A stretch of DNA of 64,000 nucleotides from the NCBI GenBank assembly GCA_013265495.1, contig MU063141.1, positions 9,063,878 through 9,127,877 of the forward strand, in the 5' to 3' direction. The notes beneath the pieces were generated by a model. That model made no database searches, was not told where the DNA came from, and saw only the letters and a list, made by a program, of their open reading frames with translations. Of this stretch, positions 13,149 to 26,120 are shown one piece after another (position 1 is the stretch's first letter; each line of letters starts with the position of its first letter). The DNA is from Vicugna vicugna (Eukaryota). Made by a program: the position numbers and the translations under genes.

Positions 13149-13665
13149 TATCAATTGAGTTAGTTTCAGCTGCTGGTAGTAGACACCTGAGATACTAGAA
13201 ACTTAAGATAGAGGTGGATTTTTCTCTTAGGCCAAAGAAATGTACACTGCCGTCAGTGGCTTGGCTGTTTCTATCTTTTTACTCCATTCTTCTTGGACTT
13301 TCCATCTTCAAGGTCACCTCTGTTCACAAGGTAGCTGCTAGAGTTCTTTCTGGCCATCATGCCCACATTCCAAATAGCAGAAGGGAGAAAGGAAGAAAGG
13401 CAAAGGCTGTCAACTGAGTCAGCTCCCTTTGTAACATTTTCCAGAAGCCAATCAATGACTTCTGCTCAAATCTGTGATAGTCTTTAATACAAGGGAGTTT
13501 GGGAATTATAGGGTTTTATTTTCTTGATCCAGGAACATTGTCATCTACAAGGATATAGGGACTTACTTCAAAAAAAAAAAAAAAAAAAAAAGAATTAATT
13601 TAAAAAAAAAAAAAAAAAAAAAAAGGAAGAAAAGTGAATGTTGAAAACAACCGTAGTCTTCGCTA
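13149..13665 (-). mobile_element. Old MaLR (MLT1I/J-like) solo LTR containing a poly(A) insertion
   Basis: 'gtatcaattgagttagtttcagctgctggtagtagacacc...aaggtagctgct...atcatgcccacattcc...cagaagccaatcaatgacttctgctca...ctaca'. Confidence 0.55.
13570..13624 (+). repeat. A22-GAATTAATTT-A23 double poly(A) tract
   Basis: Seen directly. Confidence 0.95.
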
Positions 13666-15425
13666 CACCTTTCTGTCCCTGAATTTCCTGTGGTACGCCC
13701 AACATTTGGAAGCCTCAGATGAAAATTAGACATTGGCTAGGTCCATGTGAAATTCTCTCACAAGTTTAGTGTAAATAGCTGCTATTGTAAAGATGGCTCG
13801 AGAGCATGGAGTCATGATTTCTAGAGGGGAATAAAGGGCAAGGAAAAAAATGATGCCTCCTCTTTTTTGTCTCCCCCAGGACAAGCCTTGCACCATGTAA
13901 ATTGTTCTGGGGCTACCAATGTGTTCTAGAGGCAGGGAAGCAGGGTATATTAAAAAAGTATTTACTGCTGATTATTCTATGTATTTATTAATTTGTTTTC
14001 TTCATTCTTTCCCAAAGAGAATTTCACAGTTCTTGGCTCTTCTTATAAACAGTTGGTTTCTAAATGAAATGTAAACCAGCTACATCCGTTCTAAAAAAGA
14101 TAGGGTAAAATAAACACGTTTTAAATAAATGCAGTTTATTTCATTTTAGTAATTTTCTGTACTTCTGCTCTTGGAAATAGTGGTCCTTTTTTCTAATTCT
14201 CTTTTCTTTCTGATGGCAGGCAAGTGGGAAAATTAGCAGGAGCTTCTGTAGCTACTTTATAGTTGATAAAGGGAAGAAATTAAAGATGGACTGAAATCAT
14301 AAGGACCAGTAAAAGAGGAAATTCAGAGCTGAGGGAAAAATAATACTTTTAGATCTAGAGACCTGTTTCTTCAAGTATTTAAATGCCTCCAGATAGAGCT
14401 TCCAGTCTGGTTGTAAGCAGATTCAGATGAATCATTTGCATTTTCAGTCCTGGGCATGTCCTGCCAGGGTGCAAATGAGTGACTGGGTGTGGTCAGTGGT
14501 GCACGGCACCCGTGAGCTCTGCAGTGTGTGGGCTCAGTGGCAGGAGTTTGCAGGACTGGGAGGCATCAGTGCCCGCGGCCGGGGGCGGGAAGGTAGTTGC
14601 AGGTGGGAGTTAGAAATAAAGAACACGGGAAGGAATTGCTCAGGAGCCAGGCTGGAGGCAGCCCAGAGTCCTTCAGACGATCTACATGGATGTTTTGTTC
14701 TTATGTATCCATATGTCAATACTCAGAGGTCAGGAGCCGGGAGCAGTCCTCTTCCTTGGTGCTGTGTGTGGAATAGCATGGGCCTTTAGGCAGCTGACAC
14801 ATCTTGGATTTATGAGAAACAGTTCTCTTGGATATTTTGTCTGTCTTTCAGGATGATATATCAGGTCAGAAGCTATTGTAGCATTTTCTTTGCTATTATA
14901 AACAGTTCTCTGAGCTGAAAGGCTTCTGAACTCATTTATTATTTCCCTCAGGGTGGGAAGTGATGTCTCATGATTGGTAACAAAGGCTCATGTATCACCT
15001 GTCTTTAATGGTAACATCAGGGCATCTCATATCCTCATAGTGTGATCTTAATTTCTTGTCATCTGGATGCCAGTGTTCAGAGGCTGAATGGTGCCATGTC
15101 AAGTGAAAGGGAGTGACAGGAAGCGTCCTTGCCTCAAGTTACAGTTTGCCACAAAGTATTCAGAAGAGTCCTTTTATGCCTTGTTCCGAATGAATGGATC
15201 CACTGTTGCAGTCCCATTATTTGGTGGCAGGGTAGGGGTGTTGGGGAGTTGGAGACTGTTACACCAAAGTCTCAGCAGGACAGCAGATACAGTCCTCATG
15301 GACACTAATAAGCAATTGGTACGATCAGAATGCCCAGCTGGTGTGATGCTCAAGTAGAGAGATGAGGAGTGGAGATCCCCCCAAGGTTATGACATTTTAA
15401 GGAAAGCCTTTTGGGATCTGGGCCC

Positions 15426-15484
15426 CATATTTTAGTTACTGGGAGACATTAAGGTTGTTCATGCTTCCCAGTAACTAAAATATG
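15426..15484. repeat. Perfect 19-bp inverted repeat with a 21-nt spacer
   Basis: Left arm CATATTTTAGTTACTGGGA (15426-15444) is the exact reverse complement of the right arm TCCCAGTAACTAAAATATG (15466-15484). Confidence 0.95.
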
Positions 15485-17589
15485 TACAAATGACATGAGT
15501 TTTTTCCCCTCTGGAACCAGGATAGTATTGACTAGGAGTGATCGGTGAAAGGGAGACAGTTCTAAATCAGACACCAACGGGTCTCGTTTGTAGTCGGGTT
15601 TCTCCCATCATTTCCCTGATAGGGCTTTTCACCCTGGACAGCTTTCCTCGGTAACTCTGAGAGTCACTGGTTGGTGCTGAGTGCTCTTTTGGGACAGGAA
15701 CATAACCCATGCCTTGTCATTGTATTTGTGGGTTTTTCTCTAGCTAATTAAGCTGCTTGGGGGAGATGGAAAGAAAGCAGAAGTTTGGGTATAAACCAGG
15801 TGATCATGCTGTTGAGGGAGAAGGGCCAGGGGTGAATACAAAGGAGTGATTACAGTAGTGTGCCAGGAGCTTTGAATCTGGGTAAGCAGGAGAGTGAAGA
15901 CGTGAGGGGAAGGGACATCCTGCGTTAATGGGGGAGAACATTGCTTGACAGTGCGGGACGACTCAAATTTTCATATTTAATACAGGTTGATCAAAATCTG
16001 GCATTTTGGGGGGGTAGTTTAATTTTTTCTTGCTTCATCCTAATTATTGATAATCCTTCTAGGCTTTATGATTCACATTGATTTATAATGGCCAAAATTA
16101 AACGCATCAGCAAACAACCTATTTATATAAATCTTCTTCACATACCTATAAAGTAGCATATCCATTGGATTTATATTATTGATGATTGTTTGCTTTTCTA
16201 ATACTTCTAGTTAATTTGCATTACTTAAATAAATTTATTTAATATCACCATTGTACAAGTAAATAATCCCACCCAGAAATACTTTAGCTTTATTACCAAG
16301 GTGAAAATTTACTTAAGGTGTTTTTGTAGGTGAGACTTTTAAAAAAATCTGTTAATATTTTCCTTAACACAGCTATGGTCCTTTTCTTTATTCAGATGTC
16401 TGCTGTCTACTCTAGCCTACTTTGGTAGAAAGGTGCATCAACATTATACATGGTGACACATTTTTCTGGCTTACTTCCCTTTCGTATCCTTCTCATTGAA
16501 ATGGATAATTGAAATAATTCTCTGGGGACAAAATCAAGCCCCAAAACATATTCTTGTTTCATTTCACTGGTGTCACTGAGGTACCTCCCTTTATATTATT
16601 AGGAGACAGACAGCAGTCTATTACGTAAGCTAGAATAAAGGAGAATGATGTAATGATAAGTGCAGACAAATTCCTGTGTAGTCTAGAAAAGAAAGGGAGA
16701 GGCAGAGAAAGAATTTGCAGTTTTTCTCCAGCACTGCCCAGAGGGCAGGTTTTCTGATTATTAATGAGTCATCCTGCTTTTTACACAAAAATATCCTCAA
16801 AGAAGAGAGTTCATCAGGCTACACTGGTTCATCTTCCCTAAGGAGCATGATAATCTTTGCTCTCTTCTGTTCTCACCAGTCCAGCTGCCATTTGCTAACT
16901 TTGCTTCCAAGTGAACACTTTCCCCTTCCTTCAACCCCCAGGAATGAGCTGGTCCATATGGATGTGTCTCAAGTTTTGGGGACGAGACTGATTTTCTGAA
17001 ACTGTGAAAAGTCAGACCCTGAATCACAGTGATGACAAATGTACAGCCCCTTGTGAACCTGAAGCTCAGATGGCCGTCTGGCCTTACCCATTTATGAATT
17101 GTTCGTGATGGATGGCCAATATTTGTGGATTATTTTCCCGTATACATTTTAAGATTATTACAAGGCTTTAAAGAAAACTTAAATGATCAGATTCTGTGAC
17201 ATTTGTATTAATTTATTCATGTATTCGTACTTTTCATTTTACATTTTTATAAAATGTCTTTACCTTGTAACATTAATGATATTCTGGGAGTTTTGGGACA
17301 AGTTTCCAAATGGAGATTGGTATTTAAATTTAGGCTTAACATTTTCGTTCAGTTTATCTTGAGGATATCACTACTTTATTGTAAGAGCTAACGTAAATAA
17401 TATGGAACTCATAAATATGAAAAAGAAAGGATCATTTTTTTCTGCTTGAGAAGAAAACTTACTGCTTCTGAAAACCTTTTTCTGAGTAGTTTAGAATAAC
17501 TGTTGTTTGGAAACATTTTAATTCTGTAAAACTCTGAAATTTGGGGAAATTAGGGGAAAGTACAGAATAACAGGGGCATCATTGGTTGG

Positions 17590-18179
17590 TTTGATGGTTA
17601 ATTTCATGTGTCAGTTTGACTGAGGCACCAGGGTGCCCAGATATCTGGTCAAGCTTTAGTCTGGATGGTTCTGTGAAGGAGTTTTGACTGAGAGTAACAT
17701 TTAAATCAGTGGACAGAGTAAAGCAGGTTGCCCTCCCCAATGTGGGTGGGCCCCATCAAATAGAACAAAGAAGCTGACCCTCCCCTGAGTATAAGTAAGA
17801 GAGAATTGCTCCTGTTTGACTGTCTTTGAAGTGGAAAATAGGTTTTATTCCTTGACTTCAGACTCAGACTGAAACTAAAGGCAGGAACTTTGGCTCTTCC
17901 TGTATCTTGAGCCTACTAGCCTCTGGGCTGGAGCTACACCCTTGGTTCTTCTGGTTCTCAGGCCTTCAGACTGAGACTGGAACCACACCACAGCTCTGCT
18001 AGGTCTGCAGTGTGATGACTCACCCTGCAGATCTCAGGATTCGTCATCCTGTGTTAGCCAATTCCTTATAATATATCTTTGTCTCTTTATATAGCTGTCT
18101 GTCTGTCTGTCTCTCTATCTTTTTGACTGCCTATTCACATCCTATTGGTTTTGTTTCTCTGGAGGACCTGACTAATACA
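17590..18179 (+). mobile_element. MLT2 (ERVL, MLT2C/D-like) solo LTR
   Basis: Starts 'tgatggttaatttcatgtgtcagtttgactg', has 'gccctccccaatgtgggtgggccccatc' internally, and ends 'cctattggttttgtttctctggaggacctgactaataca'. Confidence 0.85.
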
Positions 18180-20159
18180 GTCGAACTAAGTAGTTTTGAT
18201 TCAGAGATATAAAGAGAGAGATGAGTAATAATTTTGAAAATTACAAACACCAGAGGGAACATTATATAAAATGACTTAATTTGTCTATTTTAGTGTTTCC
18301 TAGAATATCTGATTTAAAAAGAATGATTCTGAGAAAACAGGGGAAATTGAAATAATGTATTAAATTTGGTTCAGAACATTCTTTAAAATGTCTAGTGATT
18401 GAAATTAATGCAGCAAATTTCCCCTCTGGCGTATTTTAGGTGTTGGATAAATAATGATTAAAATGAAGCAGTACACTTGGCTTGTGATAAAAGGAAATCA
18501 TGTTTTTACCTTCCATTTATCAATTAATGTCATTCTTTAATTATATTATCATGAACGTATACAGTTATAAGCCTTAATTTATGCTGGATAAGCATCATGG
18601 CATAGTTTTACCATAAACAATTAAGAATAGATCCTCTTTGACAAGATTTTTTTTCCTCTAATTCTCCTGTTACTCACCAGTTCATTCCTGTATTAAGGAA
18701 ACTGCCTTCACAATATTGGGAAACGCTTTGCTTTGTGGGATGGAATGTATTTGAAATCACATCTTAGGCAAGCGTAGAGATTACTGAGTTCTGTTGTTCT
18801 TTTGTTATTGATTAGAGTGACAGCATGTGACTGTGTCCTAAATTAGGGCAGTGCTAATAAAGGTTTAGAAAGGTTCAAAATAAGCACAGATAAAACATGA
18901 GGTGAAGAACTTGAAAGTATTCTTTAAATATATGGAATACAATTTGACTATTGTGGAAGATTCTTAGAAAACCCTCTCCAACATTAAATTTTGTCAGTCG
19001 TCTAAATGTGTTACAGATTTCTCAAAAATAGATCTTGAAACTTGGGATATTTGTAAGGAGAAAAACACTTTCTAGTTTTAATAAACAAACAAACAAAAAT
19101 CCATTTGGATGTATTTTCTTAAGATATATTCCTAGTGCTATGTGGTATCTATCTTGTGCTGAACATAGTTAATTTTAACACAGCAAGGGAAATAAAAACG
19201 ATCTCTTTAGCATATCAGGCCTCTAGGTAAGGTAAATGCCTTTTGACCCTAGGCCAAAGGGCACAGTAGAAGAAACTGTAATTATTTTATGTTAAGATTT
19301 TTTTTCTTTACCAAAATCTTTAGTTCCTAGATTTTCTTAACTTTTTTCCCCTGATGGTGGCTCCCTTAACATTTTTGCAAAAAGAAAAAAATTTAAATAT
19401 TCTTTTTTTTTATCATCTAAGAAAACTTGTTGGAATGTGAGATTTTGAAGTATGTGCATTTTGCATTTTAAAAAACATAATGTTTCTAATATGTGTTATT
19501 TGAAGGTGGGATTTTTTTTCTTCTTCTTCAACATGAAAGTCACTTTACACGGGCAGCTTCTGAAGGGTGGTTGCTGGAGGACAATGTGCTGAGGCTGTTC
19601 TCTGAACAAAATCAGGACCTCCCAGAGGGGAGAGCGCTACGTGCCTCAGCCTGATTAGATCTAGGCTGTGGGTGGGTGGAGGCAAGCATGAACACAAGGG
19701 TGTGCTCTCTCAGGGTCCTCAGATAGAAGCATCTTCGCCCTGTAGAGCCCCCTGGCTGTGGACTGCAGCCTGAGAGGGCAGATGTACAGATACACGCTTG
19801 TCACTTGTGGGGGTCCAACCTACACTATCATGTAGGACACTTCGTCTTTTAATTGTAAGTTTAAAGAATCATTTCACTTACCATTTTCCTTTGTACTAGG
19901 CTCACTTATAAAGTCGTCTGTTAGGTAGGGCAGAGCCAGGCATTCTTAGGGCTCAGAGGGGCCACGCCAGGCACTGTCTGCCCGTGCTCACACAGGCGTG
20001 CATGTGTGGTGTTCAGCCAAAGCTCACTAGGTCCCTAACCACCCATAAGACTCTTGCCCCCGTAAGACTTGCCGGGTACCTCCTGGCACGATCAGTTTCT
20101 CACGAAGGGCTGCTGTGGGAAGAGTGCGCCGGATCTTCTTCTCACCTGCCTCCAGTTTT

Positions 20160-20285
20160 GACTGAGTGTTCAGAGGTGCAGAGCCACTGGAAGGCAGACT
20201 GTGCTGTGTTCTTCATCTCATCCCCAGTGCTCAGCCCAGTGTCTGGCCCACACTCCGAGCCACACATTAGTTTTGTTTATTGAGC
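20160..20285 (+). mobile_element. L2 3' terminus
   Basis: 'ggaaggcagactgtgctgtgttcttcatctcatccccagtgctcagcccagtgtctggcccac...ttgtttattga'. Confidence 0.5.
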
Positions 20286-22384
20286 AGCAGGAACCGATCC
20301 TGAGAAAACAGCAGGCTATTGGAGCCTGGCACGCTCATGACTCACCGTGCTAGACCTCGGCTTCACTCTAATTCACCCCATTTAATATCTTCCTCATTAA
20401 CTGCAAACCTCACATGGAGAAGCTTCACAGTTGGGAGATCTGTGCCATCTCCGGAACCTGCCTGGTCTATGCTGGCAGTGATGGAAAATGAGAGTGGTAC
20501 TCAGGCTGCCATATACTGTTCGATGCCCACCCACATCCAGTGCCTGCTGAGAACACAGGCCCTGTGTGATTCTCACCCTCTTTCTGTCTCGCTCTCTTTT
20601 GTCACAATATACTCTTTTCCTTTTCTAAAACTAGTTGTCTCCTTGTCTAGACAACCCCCTTTTGCATCTCCAGATGGCTTCGTCTGGGAAACCCATTCAC
20701 CGTCTCACTATCCAGAACTCCTTCCCAGAGTGCACTGGCAATTAAGCTAGTCTAACGCGTGTGGTGTTACTCCAGTTAGTAAGCATTTGCCAAATAGTAA
20801 GGCTTTGCCAAAAATGAAAATGACAGTATTTTTTCTCACTTAGTGAATTTCTTTGGCATGTTTATTCCTTCAGTGGTTAAGATCCTTTACTTGGAACATG
20901 TCAGAGTGGGCATCTCAAAAGCAAGGTTCCAGTCTGCGAAGGTTCCCTTAGGACTTTTTGTCATTTGCCTGTAGGGGGCCTGGATTTTAGGAAATGAATT
21001 CCCTTAAGATCAGGTAAATTGGGAGATACAAACTGGGCCATCCAGAGGCATGATTTATGTCTCACAAAATAGGAAAGCTTGTTTTTCTTTTCTCAGCTTT
21101 AGTCTGATTTTAATTCAGCTTTCTGATTAGACCCACCTGCAATGTCTTCATACTTGTTTTTCTCCAGCCAAGGTGCATGCATTTTCTTTGGTTTCCAGGT
21201 CTTGGAGTCATGATCTTTATAAACTCTGTGACCCACCTACCTTCTCTTCATGAGATAGTTGGGCTGGAAAGCCCTCTCCCAAGGGCTGTTTAATATAGGC
21301 ATTTCTTAACACAGTGTGACATGGTATACCATTTGATCAATTCTGTAGTGTACTGGGTGCACTAACACACCCCAAGATTTTCTAATGTTTTCCTTTTTTA
21401 TCTAGTCTAAAGTAGATTCTCATTTATCCCTATGATACTGCTAATTGCTTTATGATATTCTTTCTCAGGTGGAAGAGAAGGGGTTAGAATTGTAGCCAGC
21501 ACACCATGGGTGGCCAGTCTGCTGTGGTTATTGCTGATGTGCCAGTAGAATTTTTGATAATTGCCAATTATATTAATGCCTGCATCACAGTCATTAGTAA
21601 AACAGCAGAAAAGGTGATGATGCAAGTAGAATTTGCAGTAACATGATTCACATTCATTACGATAAAAAAATCTGTAAATTCCATGTACTATAATTTGAAA
21701 CAATCAAATGATCTATTCTTATACTTGTTCTTCAATAATGCATATCTTTTGCTTAATTAACTTTACCTGTAGAATAGCTTTGGGAAAAGAGACTCGCATT
21801 TTAAAAAAATTATTTGAAATAATAGTAACTACATTTATTCACTTTTTCCCCACGTAACATAGCAAAATTTTGAGGATTGTAGTTTCTTGACCCATATGCC
21901 TATTAAATAATTTTCTAAATACCATAGCAAAAATTCTATCCTACTCTCAGTTTATTTGATCAAATTTGGTCTTGTCAAAATTAGGTTGGGTTTTGGGACT
22001 GTGTCATATGTGAACCTCATCTGTCTACTGTGAAGAAAATAAGGGTCAAAAACTACGCTTCTAGGGATAATAAGCTGAATGAATCAAGGGGAAAACACCT
22101 GTATAGGAGAGTTTATAACCTTTACCAATATTGTTAAAAATAAACCAACAAACCAGCCAACCCCAAAAGAATTAGGTAGCAAACCTGGAAGGATTTCTCT
22201 TATCATTACTGGAGCCAGCACCATGGATTATTTGCCTCCCACAGCCTTTGAGATAGATACCACAGATCAAATTAAAAGCAGCTACAATCCCAGAATTTGC
22301 TATTTGCACAGTGAGAAAAGTGGTTAAAATTCAGAGAGAAAAGACCTCCTTATTTCTAATAGAATCCTTCTGTAGTCCATAGAC

Positions 22385-22510
22385 CATTCCTCATTGGTTA
22401 AACAAGGATGGCAATAATAATACCAATCTCTTAGGAATGTTATGAGAATTTAATGACTTAACACGAGTATAGCATGACATACAGCACAGTAAGTATTGGC
22501 TATTATCATT
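22385..22510 (+). mobile_element. MIR 3' part
   Basis: 'ataataataccaatctcttaggaatgttatgagaatttaatga...acagtaagtattggctattat'. Confidence 0.5.
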
Positions 22511-23064
22511 ACCCAGCTCAGGCCGGTGATGATTCTTCAAAACCAGGATTTAAATGCTTTTTTTTGATGACAAGAATGAAAAGGAATTATCTACTAGTAG
22601 ACTAGGTTTCAATATCAATGATACAAACAGTCTAATATTTAAGTGTACTTTCAGTTTAATTTATCTTACTATTACAGCTTTCACATTTATCACTTGAATG
22701 ACCTCCTGACATAATTGAATAGGAAAATATTCCTCTTTAGACTGAAGACATTGAATTTCCATCTCCAGCTCCAGAAAGCAGTTGCTCTTGTCATTATTGT
22801 CCTAAGGAGTCACTTTGTATGAACTATGCCAAAGTTACTGTTATTTTGTTAATAGTTCTCCAACAATGATGGGCAGTGCCTTCCTGAGACCTGAGGGTAT
22901 ATCTTAAGATTAATTTCTCATGGAAGATCTTTGCAAAGTCAGTGCTACTGAAGGCCAAACTCAGACTAGCACTGAGGAATTTTTTTTCTTTTTATTCTTT
23001 TTTGGGTTTGAGGTGGTGGTATCTGTCCTGTTCCTAAAATATTCAGGCTTATGGCCTCTCTCTT

Positions 23065-23250
23065 GGTATTTTCCAAACTGTGTTCCATAAGACATTAGTC
23101 TTGCAAGATGCTCCAAGAAATGAGAGCATTGAGGTCAGATAAGTTTCCTGCCCATTCTGTGTCCATTTTGGAAGGTCCGTGATGCATGTTAGCTAATTAC
23201 AGCTCTGAGAAGTCTTGGAGTAAGAAAGTACTGGGAGAAACAATATTCTT
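23065..23250. mobile_element. MER103-like hAT-Charlie remnant
   Basis: 'ttttccaaactgtgttccataagacattagt...ggtcagataagttt...gctctgagaagtc'. Confidence 0.45.
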
Positions 23251-23637
23251 TGGTGTGATAGTTTGGAGTTTCAAATAAACACCTTTTTCAGGAACTTGAG
23301 CAGATCCAAAGCTGGTTTTGGTCCTCAGAGCTGCTCGAAGACTTGTGTGGAGATGAGGTGACCCTTTACCCAGGCAGGGATTATAAACAGGCTTTCAGCT
23401 TCTGTAATGTTAACTTTACACTCTCATGTTTGGTACCCCGAGTTCTTCCTTTGGACATGAACACCAGTTACCTGCACTACAGGCTTTTTCCTTGGAGTTT
23501 AAACTTAAGGTAACTTCCATCTGTATCCTGTTGCAGTGGAGGAAGAGAAATAAAGAAAACAATAGTCATCTTTTTCTGTTAATTCAAGTTCTGCTCATGA
23601 ATTAATGATCATAGTTTGTGAAATAGCTGCATTTCTT

Positions 23638-24277
23638 TTTTTTTTGGTATATACATATTTTTATTGAAGTATAGTCAGTTTACAATGTTGTGTCAATTTC
23701 TGGTGTACAGCATAATGCTTCAAATCATACATGAACATATATATATTCATTTCCGTATTCTTTTTCACCATAAGTCATCACAAGATACTGAATATAGTTC
23801 CCTGTGCTATACAGTATGAACTTGTTGTTTATCTATTTTATATATATTAGTTAGTATCTGCAAATCCTGATCTCCCATTTTACCCCTCCTCCCTTCCCCT
23901 TCCCCCCCTGGTAACCATAAGTTTGTTTTCTATGTTTGTGAGTCTGTTTCTGTTTTGTAAATAAGTTCATTTGTCTTTTTTTTAGATTCCACATGGAAGT
24001 GGTATTTTTTTTTTTATCTTTCTGGCTTGCTTCACTTAGAATGACAATTTGCAGATCCATCCATGTTGCTCCAAATGGCATTATTTTATTATTTTTTATA
24101 GCTAAGTAGAATTTCCACTGTATATATATATATCACAACTTGTTTATCCAGTCATCTGTTGATGGACATTTAGGTTGTTTCCATGTCTTGGCTATTGTAA
24201 GTAGTGCTGCTGTGAACATTGAGGTATGTGAATCTTTTTGAATTAAGGCTCCCTCTGGATATATGCCCAGGAGTGGG
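23638..24277 (-). mobile_element. Young 5'-truncated L1 with a 13-bp TSD
   Basis: Perfect TSD AGCTGCATTTCTT at 23625-23637 and 24278-24290, with a poly(T) tail and an L1-endonuclease-like site TCTT/GA. Antisense translation 'LLGIYPEGALIQKDSHTSMFTAALLTIAKTWKQPKCPSTDDWI' matches the L1 ORF2 C-terminus. Confidence 0.93.
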
Positions 24278-25679
24278 AGCTGCATTTCTTGACTTTTCAG
24301 GATAATTCCCCATAAAAACACCCTCACTAAATGACATTAATGCTGTGCCCTCAAATTTTACAGGCGATCTATGCAGTATGTAACATTATTAGGATTGTTT
24401 TCCAGCCTTTTATTGCATATTTTTATTGAAGAGAGTATTGCTGAATGTTCCTTGTTTAAATTCCCTTAATTATTACTTCTTGATAAGCTCTGTTTGTAAT
24501 TCAGTAATAAAAATGTTTGTTTTTTCCTTCGGAAAAATGTTTTATCTTATCAGATGCATAAGGTATAATTAAGTGTTCTTTCATGTTATCCTTTTTCCCT
24601 AGGATGCCAGGAAGATCAAAGTCAAATTTAATACACGACATAGTAATATCTACATGTGCTTTTTAAAATATAAACAGGCTTATGTACTACTTCAGTTCCC
24701 TTAGAAGCAGGTGGTACTTAAATTTTATGTTAATTGGGAAAGATACTTCTTATGCAAAGCCTGTGTTCAGAAAATTTATCTTCAAACCATTTTAACTGAT
24801 AAATTTTTTTAATAGAAATTAAGTTATGTATGTGTCAGATTTCACACTGGCCTTCAAACCTTCTTAATTGATTAGATGGTGAAGTTACTATGCATAGAAA
24901 TGTGGTTAACAAAAAAAAAAGAAAAGAAATATTGAAGTGCTTTATAAAATTACATATGTAGAACAGTCTGGAATTTTTCTTAAGCATGGTAATTTCCTAA
25001 AGATTTCAGTAATTAAAAAGTAATTTTAAAATGAAACATTAAAATTTTAATGAAAAATAGATGCTGGCCATGAAATCTACAAATGTAGGTAATATTATTT
25101 TATTGTTTTTTATAGATTGATCTTCCTTGATTACTTCTTGGTTTATTCAGTGAAAATCAGAGACATAGTTATCTTAGGCAACACATCTCAGATGGCTGTG
25201 CAAGCATTGATGGAAACCGTCAGTGCACCACGTTCATTCCAGCTTTAAACAGTATGTTGAATTATGCATTTTAATGAGGGACAGCACATTGAATGGGTAT
25301 CATGTATTGTAACATAACTTCAGTAAACCATTTTTATGTATATTCTTATATGTTTTCGTCACCCTCTAGAACTCCATTAGTTTTGAATGTTAATAATGAA
25401 GAAAAATGAGCTTTAAAGATCTGTAGTCACATTTTATTATGTCTAATTTCATTTACATTTTTTTTGACTCAGTGATAGCACCAGGACCACTCTTACAATC
25501 ATGTCAAGTAAAACAAAATTGTCACATAGAAGGAACCATTTCCTCAAGTCTCTATTCTCCCCAAATTGTCTCCCTTTTTGTCTTGGTTCCATGAAACCAC
25601 GATATAAGTGGTATTAAAAAAAGGCTCTATGCCTAGAGTGTAGAAAGTCCAGGGAGGGGAATGATGACTGAACTCAAAT

Positions 25680-25905
25680 CTTCAAAGGCAATCTCGTGGA
25701 AAAAGTGAATGGACCTGGTGTGTTTAGACTTAGAGACAGAGCTAGAGCCAACAGACTGAAGCCACAAGAACATAGATTTTAGCCTGGAGAAGAAGAATTT
25801 CTAAAGATTACAAGCGTAAAAAAAGAATTGGCTACCTTGTAGAATCACCCACCACTGGATATGTTTGAGCAGAGTTTCAAAACCCATTTCCAGATGTTGA
25901 AGCAT
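25680..25905 (+). mobile_element. CR1/L3 3' remnant
   Basis: 'agattttagcctggagaagaagaatttctaaagatta...gaattggctaccttg...ccaccactggatatgtttgagcagag'. Confidence 0.5.
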
Positions 25906-25964
25906 CTGTTTTATGGAATCTTGTTCTTCCTCATTGTGGCACCCCATCACACTGTGCTCCTAGT

Positions 25965-26120
25965 TTTGCACCATTTGTCAGTCTCCTCATCTCCAGGAAG
26001 AACCCCTTGAGGACAGCATCTGGGTGTTACTTATTTCTGTACCTCCATCCCTTAGCACAATGCTTGTCACATAGATGCTCAATAGATATTTGTTGAATGG
26101 ATGACTGCATGAATGGATGC
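25965..26120 (+). mobile_element. L2 3' terminus
   Basis: 'ccttgaggacagc...cttagcacaatgcttgtcacatagatgctcaatagatattttgttgaatggatg'. Confidence 0.6.

Noticed and set aside
22939-22975. 9+4 bp hairpin TCAGTGCTA...TAGCACTGA
   Set aside because: Stem length is within chance expectation.
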